A stretch of DNA of 64,000 nucleotides, taken from assembly GCF_006345805.1 (NCBI RefSeq), contig NC_042997.1, forward strand, positions 68,572,001-68,636,000, in the 5' to 3' direction. Below the pieces are notes generated by a model. It saw only the letters and a list, made by a program, of their open reading frames with translations. It was not told where the DNA came from and ran no database searches. Positions 52,201-64,000 of this stretch are shown one piece after another. Position numbers and translations under genes: made by a program. How positions within the stretch are numbered: position 1 is the first letter of the stretch; each line of letters opens with the position of its first letter. Source of the DNA: Octopus sinensis. Lineage: Eukaryota.

Positions 52201-53937
52201 TAGAAAGTAAGCGTTACTCCCTTACTCTCTTACTTACTGACAAGAAATTTCGTAATATTTTACCTCATAACTCTTCTTGTACTAAATTTTGTTCAATACC
52301 ACAAGTGATTCTGAAATTTTCATGCATTTTTCTATCATTCTTTTCTAACATTCTTCAAGGTGGTGCCCCAGCATGGCCGCAGTCGAATTACTGGAACAAG
52401 TATAAGAATAATCGAATTTATATATATATATATATATACATACCTACAAACACACATACATATATACCTACAAACATATATATATCATGCTTTGCTGCGG
52501 AGTATATTTACGGTATTTCAATAGTATATCCAGTGATAGCTCAAATCCTATAGATACTCTCCATCAACTAACATCCAGATTAAAACCGCCATTACCAAAT
52601 ATTTGTAATGACATAAAGCCATCTATACCATTATACAAGATACGTTATACTTGACATTAATGTCACCATATAAGCATCAATATATAATGACAATATGGAG
52701 TAACTTTATATTAAGGAGTGGAACGTACCATTTCCTGTAATTCAGACATACTCATAGTCTTTGGAAACAAATTAGAAAAACTTTGTCTGGCGAGGGAGAT
52801 AGCTGGAACAGTCACTTTCATACACGAGTTTCACACTTGTGCACAGCCTTCCCCGCCCAGATAGCGGTGAGTAGGGATATGGTCCGGGGACTGAGAACGC
52901 CGGAGATTTCCACTGTCAGAAGCTCGATCGACGCACATAGACATGTGCATAAAGGGAGAGAGAGGGAGTGGGAGGGAAAGAGAGAGATTGAGAGAGAGAT
53001 TGATACGCACAAGTATATTTCTAAGGCATTCGTCAGTCAGGATTAATCATGTAATTCGCCTTGGAATGTCCGTCTCAAAGGTGCAGCTCCGGGAATTTTG
53101 TTATGGTGGAAGTGTAAGAGTGTTCTTTCATGCCTGTTACCCTCTCCACGCTAAGGGGAAGGAGGGCTGGAACATTTTTGTTCAGCTGGTATCGCGTTGA
53201 TTTTTTTCTTCGTAGACCTGAATGAATGAGAAATAAAATTGGCCCCGTTGGTATTTGATCTCAGAATACAGAGAAACGGAGGAAATTCTGAAAACCAGCG
53301 ACTGTTAATGCATCTGTCTCTCCCTCACACACACACACACACAACCACACACACACACACCGAACACACGCGCACGCTCACATATGTTTGAATGTGTGCA
53401 TAAGTAACTGTGCGTGCACATAAATATATTAATGTAATAATGTACACAACCCTGTTTTATGCATGTTTTTACATAATACATGTCATTAGGCCGTATGAAC
53501 TATTGTACTGAACGATTACATATTATTATACTTACGAAATGTGTTTTCTGTTTGAAAAGATACATTAAATTTAGATTAAAGGCAATGAAAAAATTTTCTT
53601 CAAGGATCTTATGCATTGGAAAGGAAATATTTATTGCATAATAGTGAAAACATTATTTTCTATGGATTTAAAAAAAATTTCTCGATATATAGAGTTTATA
53701 TTCAAATCTACTTTACAGTTTTATATATGTTATTACATCTCTTACTCGCTTTCTGTCTCTTTCTTTCTTTCTTTCTTCCATTAATATTTCGACTTATGGC
53801 GCCACTTGCTTCGCATCAGTGTCTTTGATATTGTTCTATATGCATCCAATTCATTTTTGCGTTAATCAGTAGTGACATTGTCATTGTGATGATAATAATA
53901 GTCATGATCATGACCCTGGTATCTTCATGAAAGCAAT

Positions 53938-54240
53938 GATAATGATGATAATGATCGTCATCATCATCGTCACCTGTTCTTCTTCTTCTTCTTCTTCTTC
54001 TTCTTCTTCTTCTTCTTCTTCTTCTTCTTCTTCTCCTTCTTCTCCTTCTTCTCTTCTTCTTCTTCTTCTTCTTCTTCTTCTTCTTCTCCTCCTCCTCCTC
54101 CTCCTCCTTCTTCTTCTTCTTCTCTTCTTCTTCTCTCCTCCTCCTCCTCCTCCTCCTCCTCCTCCCCTCTCTTCTTCTTCTTCTTCTCTTCTTCTTCTTC
54201 TCCTCCTCCTCCTCCTCCTCCTTCTTCTTCTTCTTCTCCC
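53938..54240. repeat. (GAT)n then (TTC)n/(CTC)n polypyrimidine tract
   Basis: Seen directly. Confidence 0.95.
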
Positions 54241-54436
54241 TCATCTTTTCTTTCGCTTAGAAGATCATCACCATCATAATGCATGTGTACTATTAAGCAC
54301 AATTCCGAAGAAGCAATTTATGACAGCGATATTTCGTTTATACGTATGAAAGTATTTATGCATGCATCCACATGTATATATACATACATACATACATACA
54401 TACATACATACATACATACATACATACATACATACA

Positions 54437-54476
<40 letters not shown>

Positions 54477-54492
54477 GCCTCGTCTGTATCAC

Positions 54493-54668
54493 TAGCGATT
54501 TTTCCCCTGTCTTCCCATCTCGGGATCTTTCCTTATATGTTTCCGACGAAGAGCTCCGCTCGAAATGTCAAACCCTCCTTCTTCCCTTCTTTCCTGAGCG
54601 TCCAATAATACTTTATTTGTTCCACGTCCTTGCGTTGTTGTTTTTTGTTTTTGTTTTCTTGTTTGGAT

Positions 54669-54673
<5 letters not shown>
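54493..54673 (+). mobile_element. ~190 bp (TA)n-embedded element with minimal hammerhead, copy 2
   Basis: Matches 36408-36595. Motif GUUU-CCGACGA-AGAGCUCCGCUC-GAAA-UG-UC-AAAC at 54539-54573. Confidence 0.8.
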
Positions 54674-54725
<52 letters not shown>

Positions 54726-54968
54726 ATGTATATATATAACAAACCTTGGATTTGGAAACATGATTTATTCACGATTAAACATATTTCCCCTGCTAATAGG
54801 ATTTACAAAGTTGTACAATTTGGTTAAACATATTAGAAATTTTCTTCTAGAAATTCTATTCTTCAGACACATGCAAAATCTACATTTGGATGAAACGTTT
54901 ATATGCTGTTAGTAATCAGGAGTTTTTTAGATGGGAGAAAGATTAAAAAGTAAATCCCGTAGAAAAGG

Positions 54969-55042
<74 letters not shown>

Positions 55043-56467
55043 ATATACATCCATACGCATGTAGATACACATACACACATGCGTTCACACACACACTCGC
55101 ACAATCTCACACACACATACACACAATATATGCATATATTAGGCACGTGTACTAAATCATACCCATATTCAAATTCAAATGGACATAACAAATTTATGGA
55201 TACATGCACTTAAATACATATGTACATAGAAATATATGTACGTTAGGACAGAGATCTAACATAGGCTAGTCATTGTTGTATGGTGAAAGGAGCAAGAATC
55301 ACATATTGTTGCAGAGATTAGCTGTCAGTCGAATGGGACTTTTTCAACGAGACTTGGTGTAAAATAGAGAATGTCGCCGGAGAACTGACGAGAGACTCAC
55401 AAGCTATAGATAAACACGACTGTATAGAACAATTTGAGTTAGGTGTGCATTGCTTTAAAATATTAATTTTGAATGTAGAATAATAAAACTTATAACAATT
55501 AAAAGGATAAATCGGCAATAATATTTTAGATTACAACAGTTTCAAAATTAAACATGAGTCTTCTCTTTTGTTTTGGAATATTGGTATTTCAATTTATAGT
55601 TCGATAATGTAGAGTTGTATGCACATAAAATAACAACTTGTTTTGAAAAGGATTTTAAATTTGGTAGCTGTGAAACGCTGCTTAAACATTGCAGTCTAAA
55701 AGATCATACCAGCAATTGTTAATGTTACCATGGAAGACTATAATGGGGCTTAAGTTTCTAGATTAACGGAATTGTATATCTCATCACTACGGAGAATATT
55801 ACGTTATTTAGAGACCGATCTTCCCCTTGATGATAAATTTTCGATGAATGATTTTCTACAAAATTCATGTAGTGCAGAATGAATTCATCTACATATAAGA
55901 TTTAATAATCAAAGTAAAATCATTAAAATATTCTTATATTAAAGTATATACGAATATAAGTAAAATTTTAGATGTATCTCTAGATTTGGTTATTGCTGAA
56001 TACAGCGCTTGTATGGTACTTAACTAGCAGATTTTAGTATAAACTGCGCTAATAATATTACTAAGTGTTTATCTAACTTACCCTGTGAAGAGGAATTGAT
56101 TTTCTTTTTCCTAGAGCAACTCATTAACACCATAGTGCTTTAAAAGGCAGTGGAGACAAATATACAGTACATCATATTCAAAGCAACATTTATTTTATAA
56201 ACCTCATATACTAACCGTATATTTTTCAGTACATATTAAATGTTTCTTCTGATGTTAACAGAATTTCGTGTATCGTTTTAAATAAAGCACTTCACCGCAG
56301 GTCGCATCTTTATCATGTATAACTTTAAGTTAAGCGACCAAAAACTTCAAAATTTCTGATGACAGTATAAGCAAATAAAGGTTAAAGAAAAGTGTGCTTT
56401 ATATTTATTTGTTTCTTATTAAGAAGAATGGGAAAATAGACAACAGTATTCAATATTAAGACTATCC

Positions 56468-56672
56468 AAGCTGTTAGAATCGTTAGAACACCGGACAAAA
56501 TGCTTAGCGGCAATTCGTCCATCTTTACGCTCTGAGTTCGAATTTCGCCGAGGTCGACTTGGTCATTCATCTTATCGGGTTCTATAAAATAAATGTCAGC
56601 TAGGCGTTGGGGGTCACTTAGATCGACTTAACCTCCTCCAAAATTGCTGGCCGTGTGGCAAAATTTGAAATC
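56468..56672 (+). mobile_element. family A SINE monomer
   Basis: CGTTAGAACACCGGACAAAATGCTTAGCGG..GAGTTCGAATTTCGCCGAGGTCGAC. Confidence 0.8.
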
Positions 56673-57577
56673 AATATTAAGACTGTTTTTTGTTAAATTT
56701 TGCGTTATTAATACAGATTCGGTTACTAATCTGCCTTGATAGTTATATTTTGTGGGATAATTCTGTTGATAATTAACGTTTTAATAAAAATTTATTCGTT
56801 CAAGTTGTATATAAAATATAACATTTACCGTCATATAGTTATACGATTTCAAATTTGGAGTTGGTCCCAACATACAACACTGGCTGCATACCGTTTGTTT
56901 GTCAGCCCTTACATTTTGTAGATTCAATAGAATTTTAATCGCCCTGAACTTGCGATATATTATCAATCTTGCAGTCATGATAGTAATTCCTATCCCCTGT
57001 TTAGCAACTTTTATTTTGGCATCATATTTACCTGTTTGAAATAGCAGCGAGGAAGAATATATTACGTATCTCAATTAGTCTAGAATGTATACATAGTGCA
57101 CGCGTTCCATATAGAAACTAAGTAGCGCCTGTGCATATTTTCATTGATATAACTATGAGTAATATGTATTAGCTGATTGGAGAATGCTGCCAGAAAGCGA
57201 CTGATATTTTACAAAACTGAATGGAGTGATCTACGATAACTGAACCCGTAAAATGTTAAATACTGTTTCTTGTAAGTGACGACTTCGGTGCTGCTGAAGC
57301 ATTTGAAAAAACCGCATTACTTAGGGCATGACCCAATATTATATAAAATACGAGAAAATTGTGTCTAACACAATGGAATGAGAAAGAGAGAGTAGGAAGA
57401 AAATGAAAAATTAATGCTTCTATTAGTTTCGTTATTGAATTTTTTCAGACAGTTATTTTTAGATAACCCACAAACCATACAAGACTTCAAGTATTATCCT
57501 TGGATAAAGCGTGAAGCACCAAAGTCCATTAAACAATCGTGGCATAAATACAGAACAAGAAGTGTGCTCATGTACAC

Positions 57578-57695
57578 ATCAGAAATCCACTGTATTATTA
57601 AAAACTTTTTCTCTAATGTTTTTGTGGATAAATGTATCAGAAATCCACTGTATTATTAAAAAAATTTTCTCTAATGTTTTCGTGGGTAAATGTAT
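57578..57695. repeat. 58 bp tandem duplication
   Basis: ATCAGAAATCCACTGTATTATTAAAAA..CTCTAATGTTTT.GTGG.TAAATGT occurs twice. Confidence 0.9.
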
Positions 57696-58530
57696 TCATC
57701 TTATAATATTTTCATTAATCAATACTCATGTTATGAAATGCTACACGTGTAGCAAGTCTTCCAGTCCATAAAGCAGGTTATATTTGTTTGGCAATAGTTA
57801 TGCTGTAGAAGATTGCTAATATGGACATAATTATAATACACACAGTCACTCAGATATGTTGTAACTTACAATGTGGATATATAGGGACGTATACGTTTGT
57901 ATGTATGTATAGCATGTATATGTAAGTGTTTCTATGTACTACCCGTAAAATGATGTTAAACATTCCTTCTTGTCAATGAGGCCTTTGATACTATACGAAC
58001 CTTTCTCAATTCCGTATTTCAGTATTTTAACTTTGTTGTTTATATTAGTCGTTGAATACGTAGTACTCAATACCAAATTAATACCAACAGTTGCTTGTTT
58101 ATACAGAGCCATATAATTTGTAAGGTGGTTATTACTCTAAATATTCAAGGCAGGTTACCCAGGTTGATGAATTAAATTGCCAAACAAATATAACCCGCTT
58201 TATAGACAGGAAGTATCGTTACATAAGTAGTAAGTTACAAAGAATAAGTCCCGGGGTCGATTTGCTCGACTAAAGGCGGTGCTCCAGCATGGCTGCAGTC
58301 AAATGACTGAAACAAGTAAAGAGTATTTCATAACAAAAGTGTTGAATAAATAATATAGGATGAATGCCTTTACTCTTGAAAACATTAAAGAACAAAATCT
58401 TTTACTAATACTAGTGGATTTGTGATGTGGACTCACGCATACTTTTTGTTCTGTATTTATGCCACGATTGTTTAATGCACTTTGGTGCTCTACTCTTGCT
58501 ACATTCTGTATCTTCATGATTTATTAGATA

Positions 58531-60326
58531 CTAGCAGTATCGCCCGGCGTTGCTCGGGTTTGTAAGGGAAATAACTATATAAGCATTATTAGAGAGTTAT
58601 AGCCAAAAAATAGCAAAAAATGCATTAAAAATGGAAAAAAAATTATGGTAAATTTTTTTTTAAATCGTTGACTCATCGTAGACGCGCGCTAATACCCAGA
58701 AGGGCTCGATATGACTCACGACTATAAGATACCCGGTTTTGGTTAAACTGCACCGCAAAATGTGGGAGTAGTTAGGAATCTAAATCGTAGGAGACAGACA
58801 CTCACACAACTTCACTTTTATATATATACTAGCAGTATTGCCCGGCGTTGCTCGGGTTTGTAAGGGAAATAACTATATAAGCATTTTTAGAGAGTTACTT
58901 CCCTTATAGATGCCAATTCGGGCTTTCTTAGCCATTTCTGTTTTGGTGTCTTCAAGCCATTAAGTCGTTGTTCTAAAAGAACGCTGGTCTCCTTGACAAC
59001 GCTTTACGGCGTTGATTTCCTTACACTCCCTTCCCCACAGCTTCACGAGGGAGGTAAGAAGGGGGAGAAGCAAACAGGTGCAGCTGTGAGCGTGGACGCC
59101 AACTCCGCCGCCATCGACATACGATGCATTTTATGCATTAAAATGGAATAAAAAATGATGTTAAATTATTTTTAAAATCGTAGACTCATCGTTGACGCGC
59201 GCTAATAGTCAGACGGGCTCGATATGAATCACGACTATAAGATACCCGAATTTGGTTAAACTGCACCGCAAAATGTGGGAGGAGTTAGGAATCTAAATCG
59301 AAGGGGACAGACACTCACACAACTAGAGTTTTATATATATATATATATATAATATATATATATACTAGCAGTATCGCCCGGCGTTGCTCAGGTTTGTAAG
59401 GGAAATAACTATAAAGCATTTTTAGAGAGTTATAGCCAAAAAATAGCAAAAAAATGGAAGAAAATGATGGTAAATTTTTTATTTTAAATTAAAAAAGGTG
59501 GAGTTGCGTCCCCTAGACAGTTTGTGTTTATGATTCTCGACCCCATGTCGAATTTATCGATTTTTTTCAGAACTGGGGGAACTTTTCAAAATTTTCGCTG
59601 CGTTAGTTTTGAATTATGACATTGGGCTATGTGTGTGTCAAGTTTCATCAGAATCGGTTGAAAGCCGTGGTCAGGGTGAGGGTACAAGCAAACAGACACA
59701 CAGAAGCACGCACAGACAAACTGCCGTTTATATATAGAGATATATATATATATTATATATATATAATATATATATGTATATATATATATATATAATATAT
59801 ATATATATATATACTAGCAGTATCGCCCGTCGTTGATCGGGTTTGTAAGGGAAATAACTATATAAGCATTTTTAGAGAGTTACTTCCCTTATAGATGCCA
59901 ATTCGGGCTTTCTTAGCCATTTCTGTTTTGGTGTCTTCAAGCCATTAAGTCGTTGTTCTAAAAGAACGCTGGTCTCCTTGACAACGCTTTACGGCGTTGA
60001 TTTCCTTACACTCCCTTCCCCACAGCTTCACGAGGGAGGTAAGAAGGGGGAGAAGCAAACAGGTGCAGGTGTGACCATGGACGCCAACTCCGCCGCCATC
60101 GACACACGAAAAATTATGCATTAAAATGGAATAAAAAATGATGTTAAATTATTTTTAAAATCGTAGACTCATCGTAGACGCGCGCTAATACTCAGACGGG
60201 CTCGATATGAAACACGACTATATGATACCCGAATTTGGTTAAACTGCACCGCAAAATGTGGGAGTAGTTAGGAATCTAAATCGAAGGGGACAGACACTCA
60301 CACAACTACAGTTTTATATATATAGA
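58531..60326 (-). mobile_element. array of four head-to-tail non-autonomous Helitrons (58531, 58829, 59365, 59814)
   Basis: Each begins TA|CTAGCAGTAT.GCCCG.CGTTG.TC.GGTTTGTAAGGGAAATAAC on the plus strand and ends in (TA)n. Units 3 and 4 retain the terminal GA (5' TC). Confidence 0.88.
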
Positions 60327-61006
60327 TACACACTTTGAAAAACACGAGCAACTTGCATTTAACACCGAAACATTAGTTTCTACTTCAATTATACTGTATA
60401 TAAAAATATATCATGATGATAATTTTGACGTCACGTACATGTTTTTGACTCTTAATTAAAAATTATTGTTTTAATCTTGGCAGACAGTACACTTTTGTGT
60501 AATTTTATTTTATGTCAGAGTAATGCTAATGAACTTTGATTCTAATTTCAATTTTAAACATAATTATTCGTGTTTCTTTACTGTTTCATTTATCTCATGT
60601 ATGCAATAATGAGAAGACCTACAAAAACTAAAATTAATGTTGGAAAATTGTAATGTAACATAATATTTCTCAGAATTTTCATACAAGCTATTGAAATATT
60701 AGAAATGGTGTTGTATAATTTTAGTAAGAAAGAAAGTAATAGTTAGAGATAGATATATTGAAAATAAAAAAGAAAGGAAGAGTAATTTATAGAAGTTATT
60801 CCTCCTAGTATTTCGATATTTTAGAGATGTTTTTTTTTTCTCAGGCAATTATTTTTAGATAACCCATAAACCATGCAAGACTTAAGTACTATCCTTAAAA
60901 ACATGTTCAAAATAGTTGTGCTGTAAAAGATTGCTAATATGAGGATAATTGGAACACAGAAACTCACACACATATACCACACATGGAAATACATGTGTGT
61001 ATAAAG

Positions 61007-61290
<284 letters not shown>

Positions 61291-61384
61291 TTATCTTGTT
61301 ACGGATTATTCAAAATTTAACCGATACCTGGGTAGCAAAAATCACAACAGAAAAAACACGGTTGAGGTTACGACCATGGGCTAA

Positions 61385-61436
<52 letters not shown>

Positions 61437-63611
61437 CGGTTGAATTATATTTCATCTTTAACTTTGGAAGGTTCCCCCCAAAAAAGCGATTTCTAATAAA
61501 GATTCTTCATATTTTGCTGGTAGCTTACTTGCGTAAGTTTAAGAATATGAAAATAATACTTGTATATGGAGTATTATGAGCATTTATTGAAAGGTATCCC
61601 ATAGAACACAACAAAATTGTTAAAAATGGAGAAGAAATATAAAAATTTTAAATTCTGGCGTAACTTAAGCGTCCAGGAGCACTGAGATGCAGACTGTTGC
61701 AGGCTGGCTCCCTTAGAGCATAAGGAGTTTAAGGGCGAAACAGTTTCCTACAGAAGCTTCCCTGAACCCTTTTTGCTGTTCAGCTCTCCCTAGAATTTCT
61801 TATTAGCTTTAGCTTTGACGGTATCAAATAGAATTATCTATTGCAATTTCGTTTAACTCATAAGAGTTTAAGTTACGCAAATTGCCTTAGGCCATAAATA
61901 TTTTACTACTATTTTTTCACATGCTTATATATCTTTATTGTTCATAGGATAACTTTATTGGTGATAGGACAATCTTGTACTGATGATGTCTATTAATGGA
62001 AAAGCACGCGTCGATGCCAGTCAATCTGTATCCTGTGATTTCGACCGTCTTTCCATTAGTGGCATATAGATTTCCGAGAATCATCTTTATTCTTGTTGAT
62101 TTGATACCAGTTGCCACAATACGTATGTTCCGCGTCCTCTCGACGATAATTTCAGTATCTGAAGAATTTATTTTGTATAATACTTCATAAGATTTTAATA
62201 AACACCCCCCCCACACACACACACATACACGTGTGTGTGTGTGTGTAAGTTTGTGTGTGTATGTGTGTATGTATGCAAGTATGTGTGTAAATATATTTAA
62301 ATCAGTAGAAACTACAAGTCTCAATGTACAACTCCCTGTATGATCTGAAAGTATGTTTGGATACTAGCATTGTTATAGACATTGAATGATAATTTATATC
62401 TGTTATACACAATGGTTATATGTAATACATCAAATATGTTTGCTTCTATCTCCTTAATATCGTGTTTTATTCTATGTTCAATATGTTGAATGTCAACGCC
62501 CTGGTTTATACATGTATATTTCAGTCATTAATAATACAAGTAAAAAACGAAACAGATTTTACTCATGTAAACGTTTTTATTTTTGGTCTGTATGGCTTGT
62601 GTCTTTAGACCTTTGTCTTTTTTTCTTTTCTTTTTATGTAGTGGTCTTTTTATCTTCCCTTCTGTTTGCCTTCAATATATATCAATATTTTCTATTCAAT
62701 CTTTCGCCTCGATGCTATTAGTGGAATATCGTCTTTAAGAGGCCTTTGGACACATTCTCGAAGCTGAAGATAACCGAATTCGTTCGTGTCACCAACCCCA
62801 GAAGACTGCTTCCTCTGACTAAGAGAAGAAAACAACATATCAACGAGAAATTTACTTATTCATTTTTATGCATTTTTAAACTAGTTGATAATCGGCGTTT
62901 GTGGATATTGATATAACTAGGTCGATAGTAATCTCACTATATAAGCGCATAATTTGGTTCTTAATGAAATATTGAGCTAAATCTGGCATAAGCTGATTAC
63001 AATAGGTTAACGAATATGCTCAATTTAGAATCTTTGCTGCATAACATTTTTCTCTGAGTGACACAATCATAAACAACTGTTATGCCGTCCGTTCCTAATA
63101 GGCAGCTTAAATCTTGGATGTACAGTAAATATTGGGATCTGGTATGGTAAGGACGCTAATATGGCTGCCCTTTCTCCTACAGGGTAAGTAGGAAAATGAT
63201 CTGCGATCTCCATGTGCTTTTTCAGAAATTTTATGAACTAAAACTGAAATTATTAACATGAAAGTAGAATTTACATTCGATTCTGTTCCTATTACCTATT
63301 ATGTTCATTAAAATAAATCACTTTCCCATACCACTTCACACTCGCTCATGCGAGCACACTACCCACTCCTTTGCATGTCTTCATTTAAACATGTACATCT
63401 TTAAACTGCATCCGTAAATTCGTATATATAAGGCGTACGCATTTTTAAGCAGATAGAAAAATACTTAATGATATTCACACGTGCATTATATTCAAATTTT
63501 CATTTATGGTTTCAGACATACACATGATCAGATGAATATATATATATATAATATATATATATATATATAATATATCTTCCCCCTCTCTCTCTTTACGTAT
63601 ACATATACATA

Positions 63612-63662
<51 letters not shown>

Positions 63663-63674
63663 TTAATGTGTGTA

Positions 63675-63820
63675 TCTGAGTTTGTCCTCCTCACCCACCA
63701 TCGCTTGACAATCGTTGCTGGTGTGTTTATGTACCTATTACTTAGCGGTTCGGCACACGAACCGATAGAATAAGTTCTAGATTTACAAAGAATGCGTCTT
63801 GGGTCGATTTCTTAGTGCTC
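63675..63820 (+). mobile_element. family B SINE 3' half
   Basis: CATCGCTTGACAA..GGTGTGTTTATG..ACTTAGCGGTTCGGCA..ACCGATAGAATAAG matches the tails at 18325 and 8742-8920. Confidence 0.7.
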
Positions 63821-63909
63821 CACATACACAAATATCTATATATACATGTATGCATAAATGTATATGTGTATATATATATATGTATATGTTTGTGTGTGTA
63901 TATATATAT

Positions 63910-63967
<58 letters not shown>

Positions 63968-64000
63968 TATCTATATATATATTCTTTCTTTTATTCTTTC

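Noticed and set aside
52780-53200. GC-richer stretch as a promoter or first exon
   Set aside because: No recognisable protein, splice pattern or promoter motif.
55385-55405. CTGACGA-GAGACTC hammerhead candidate
   Set aside because: No GAAA and no stem I.
61935-62190. ILGNLYATN resembling the APE endonuclease NIYAPN motif
   Set aside because: No other APE motifs (GDFN, SDH) nearby.

Overview
AT-rich, microsatellite-dense eukaryotic DNA, probably an octopus or other coleoid cephalopod (inferred from recalled octopus-type tRNA-derived SINE families; not database-checked). I cannot support any intact host protein-coding gene; almost all supplied ORFs are translations of microsatellites or repeats. 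The window is mostly decayed transposons: three Tc1/mariner DD34D-type copies with TIRs, two DD37D (maT) copies, a Ty3/Gypsy remnant, several R4/Dong-like non-LTR remnants, two Penelope-like (PLE) fragments (one RT, one GIY-YIG), six non-autonomous Helitrons (four stacked at 58.5-60.3 kb), many SINEs and several foldbacks. The most notable signal is a set of (TA)n-embedded non-coding elements carrying type I hammerhead ribozymes. One is a ~347 bp tandem repeat (14911-15820) with one canonical hammerhead per monomer plus a terminal inversion, resembling a retrozyme or PLE pseudo-LTR. A second ~190 bp family (36408 and 54493) has a minimal hammerhead with a variant core. Coordinates were read by eye and may be off by a few bases.
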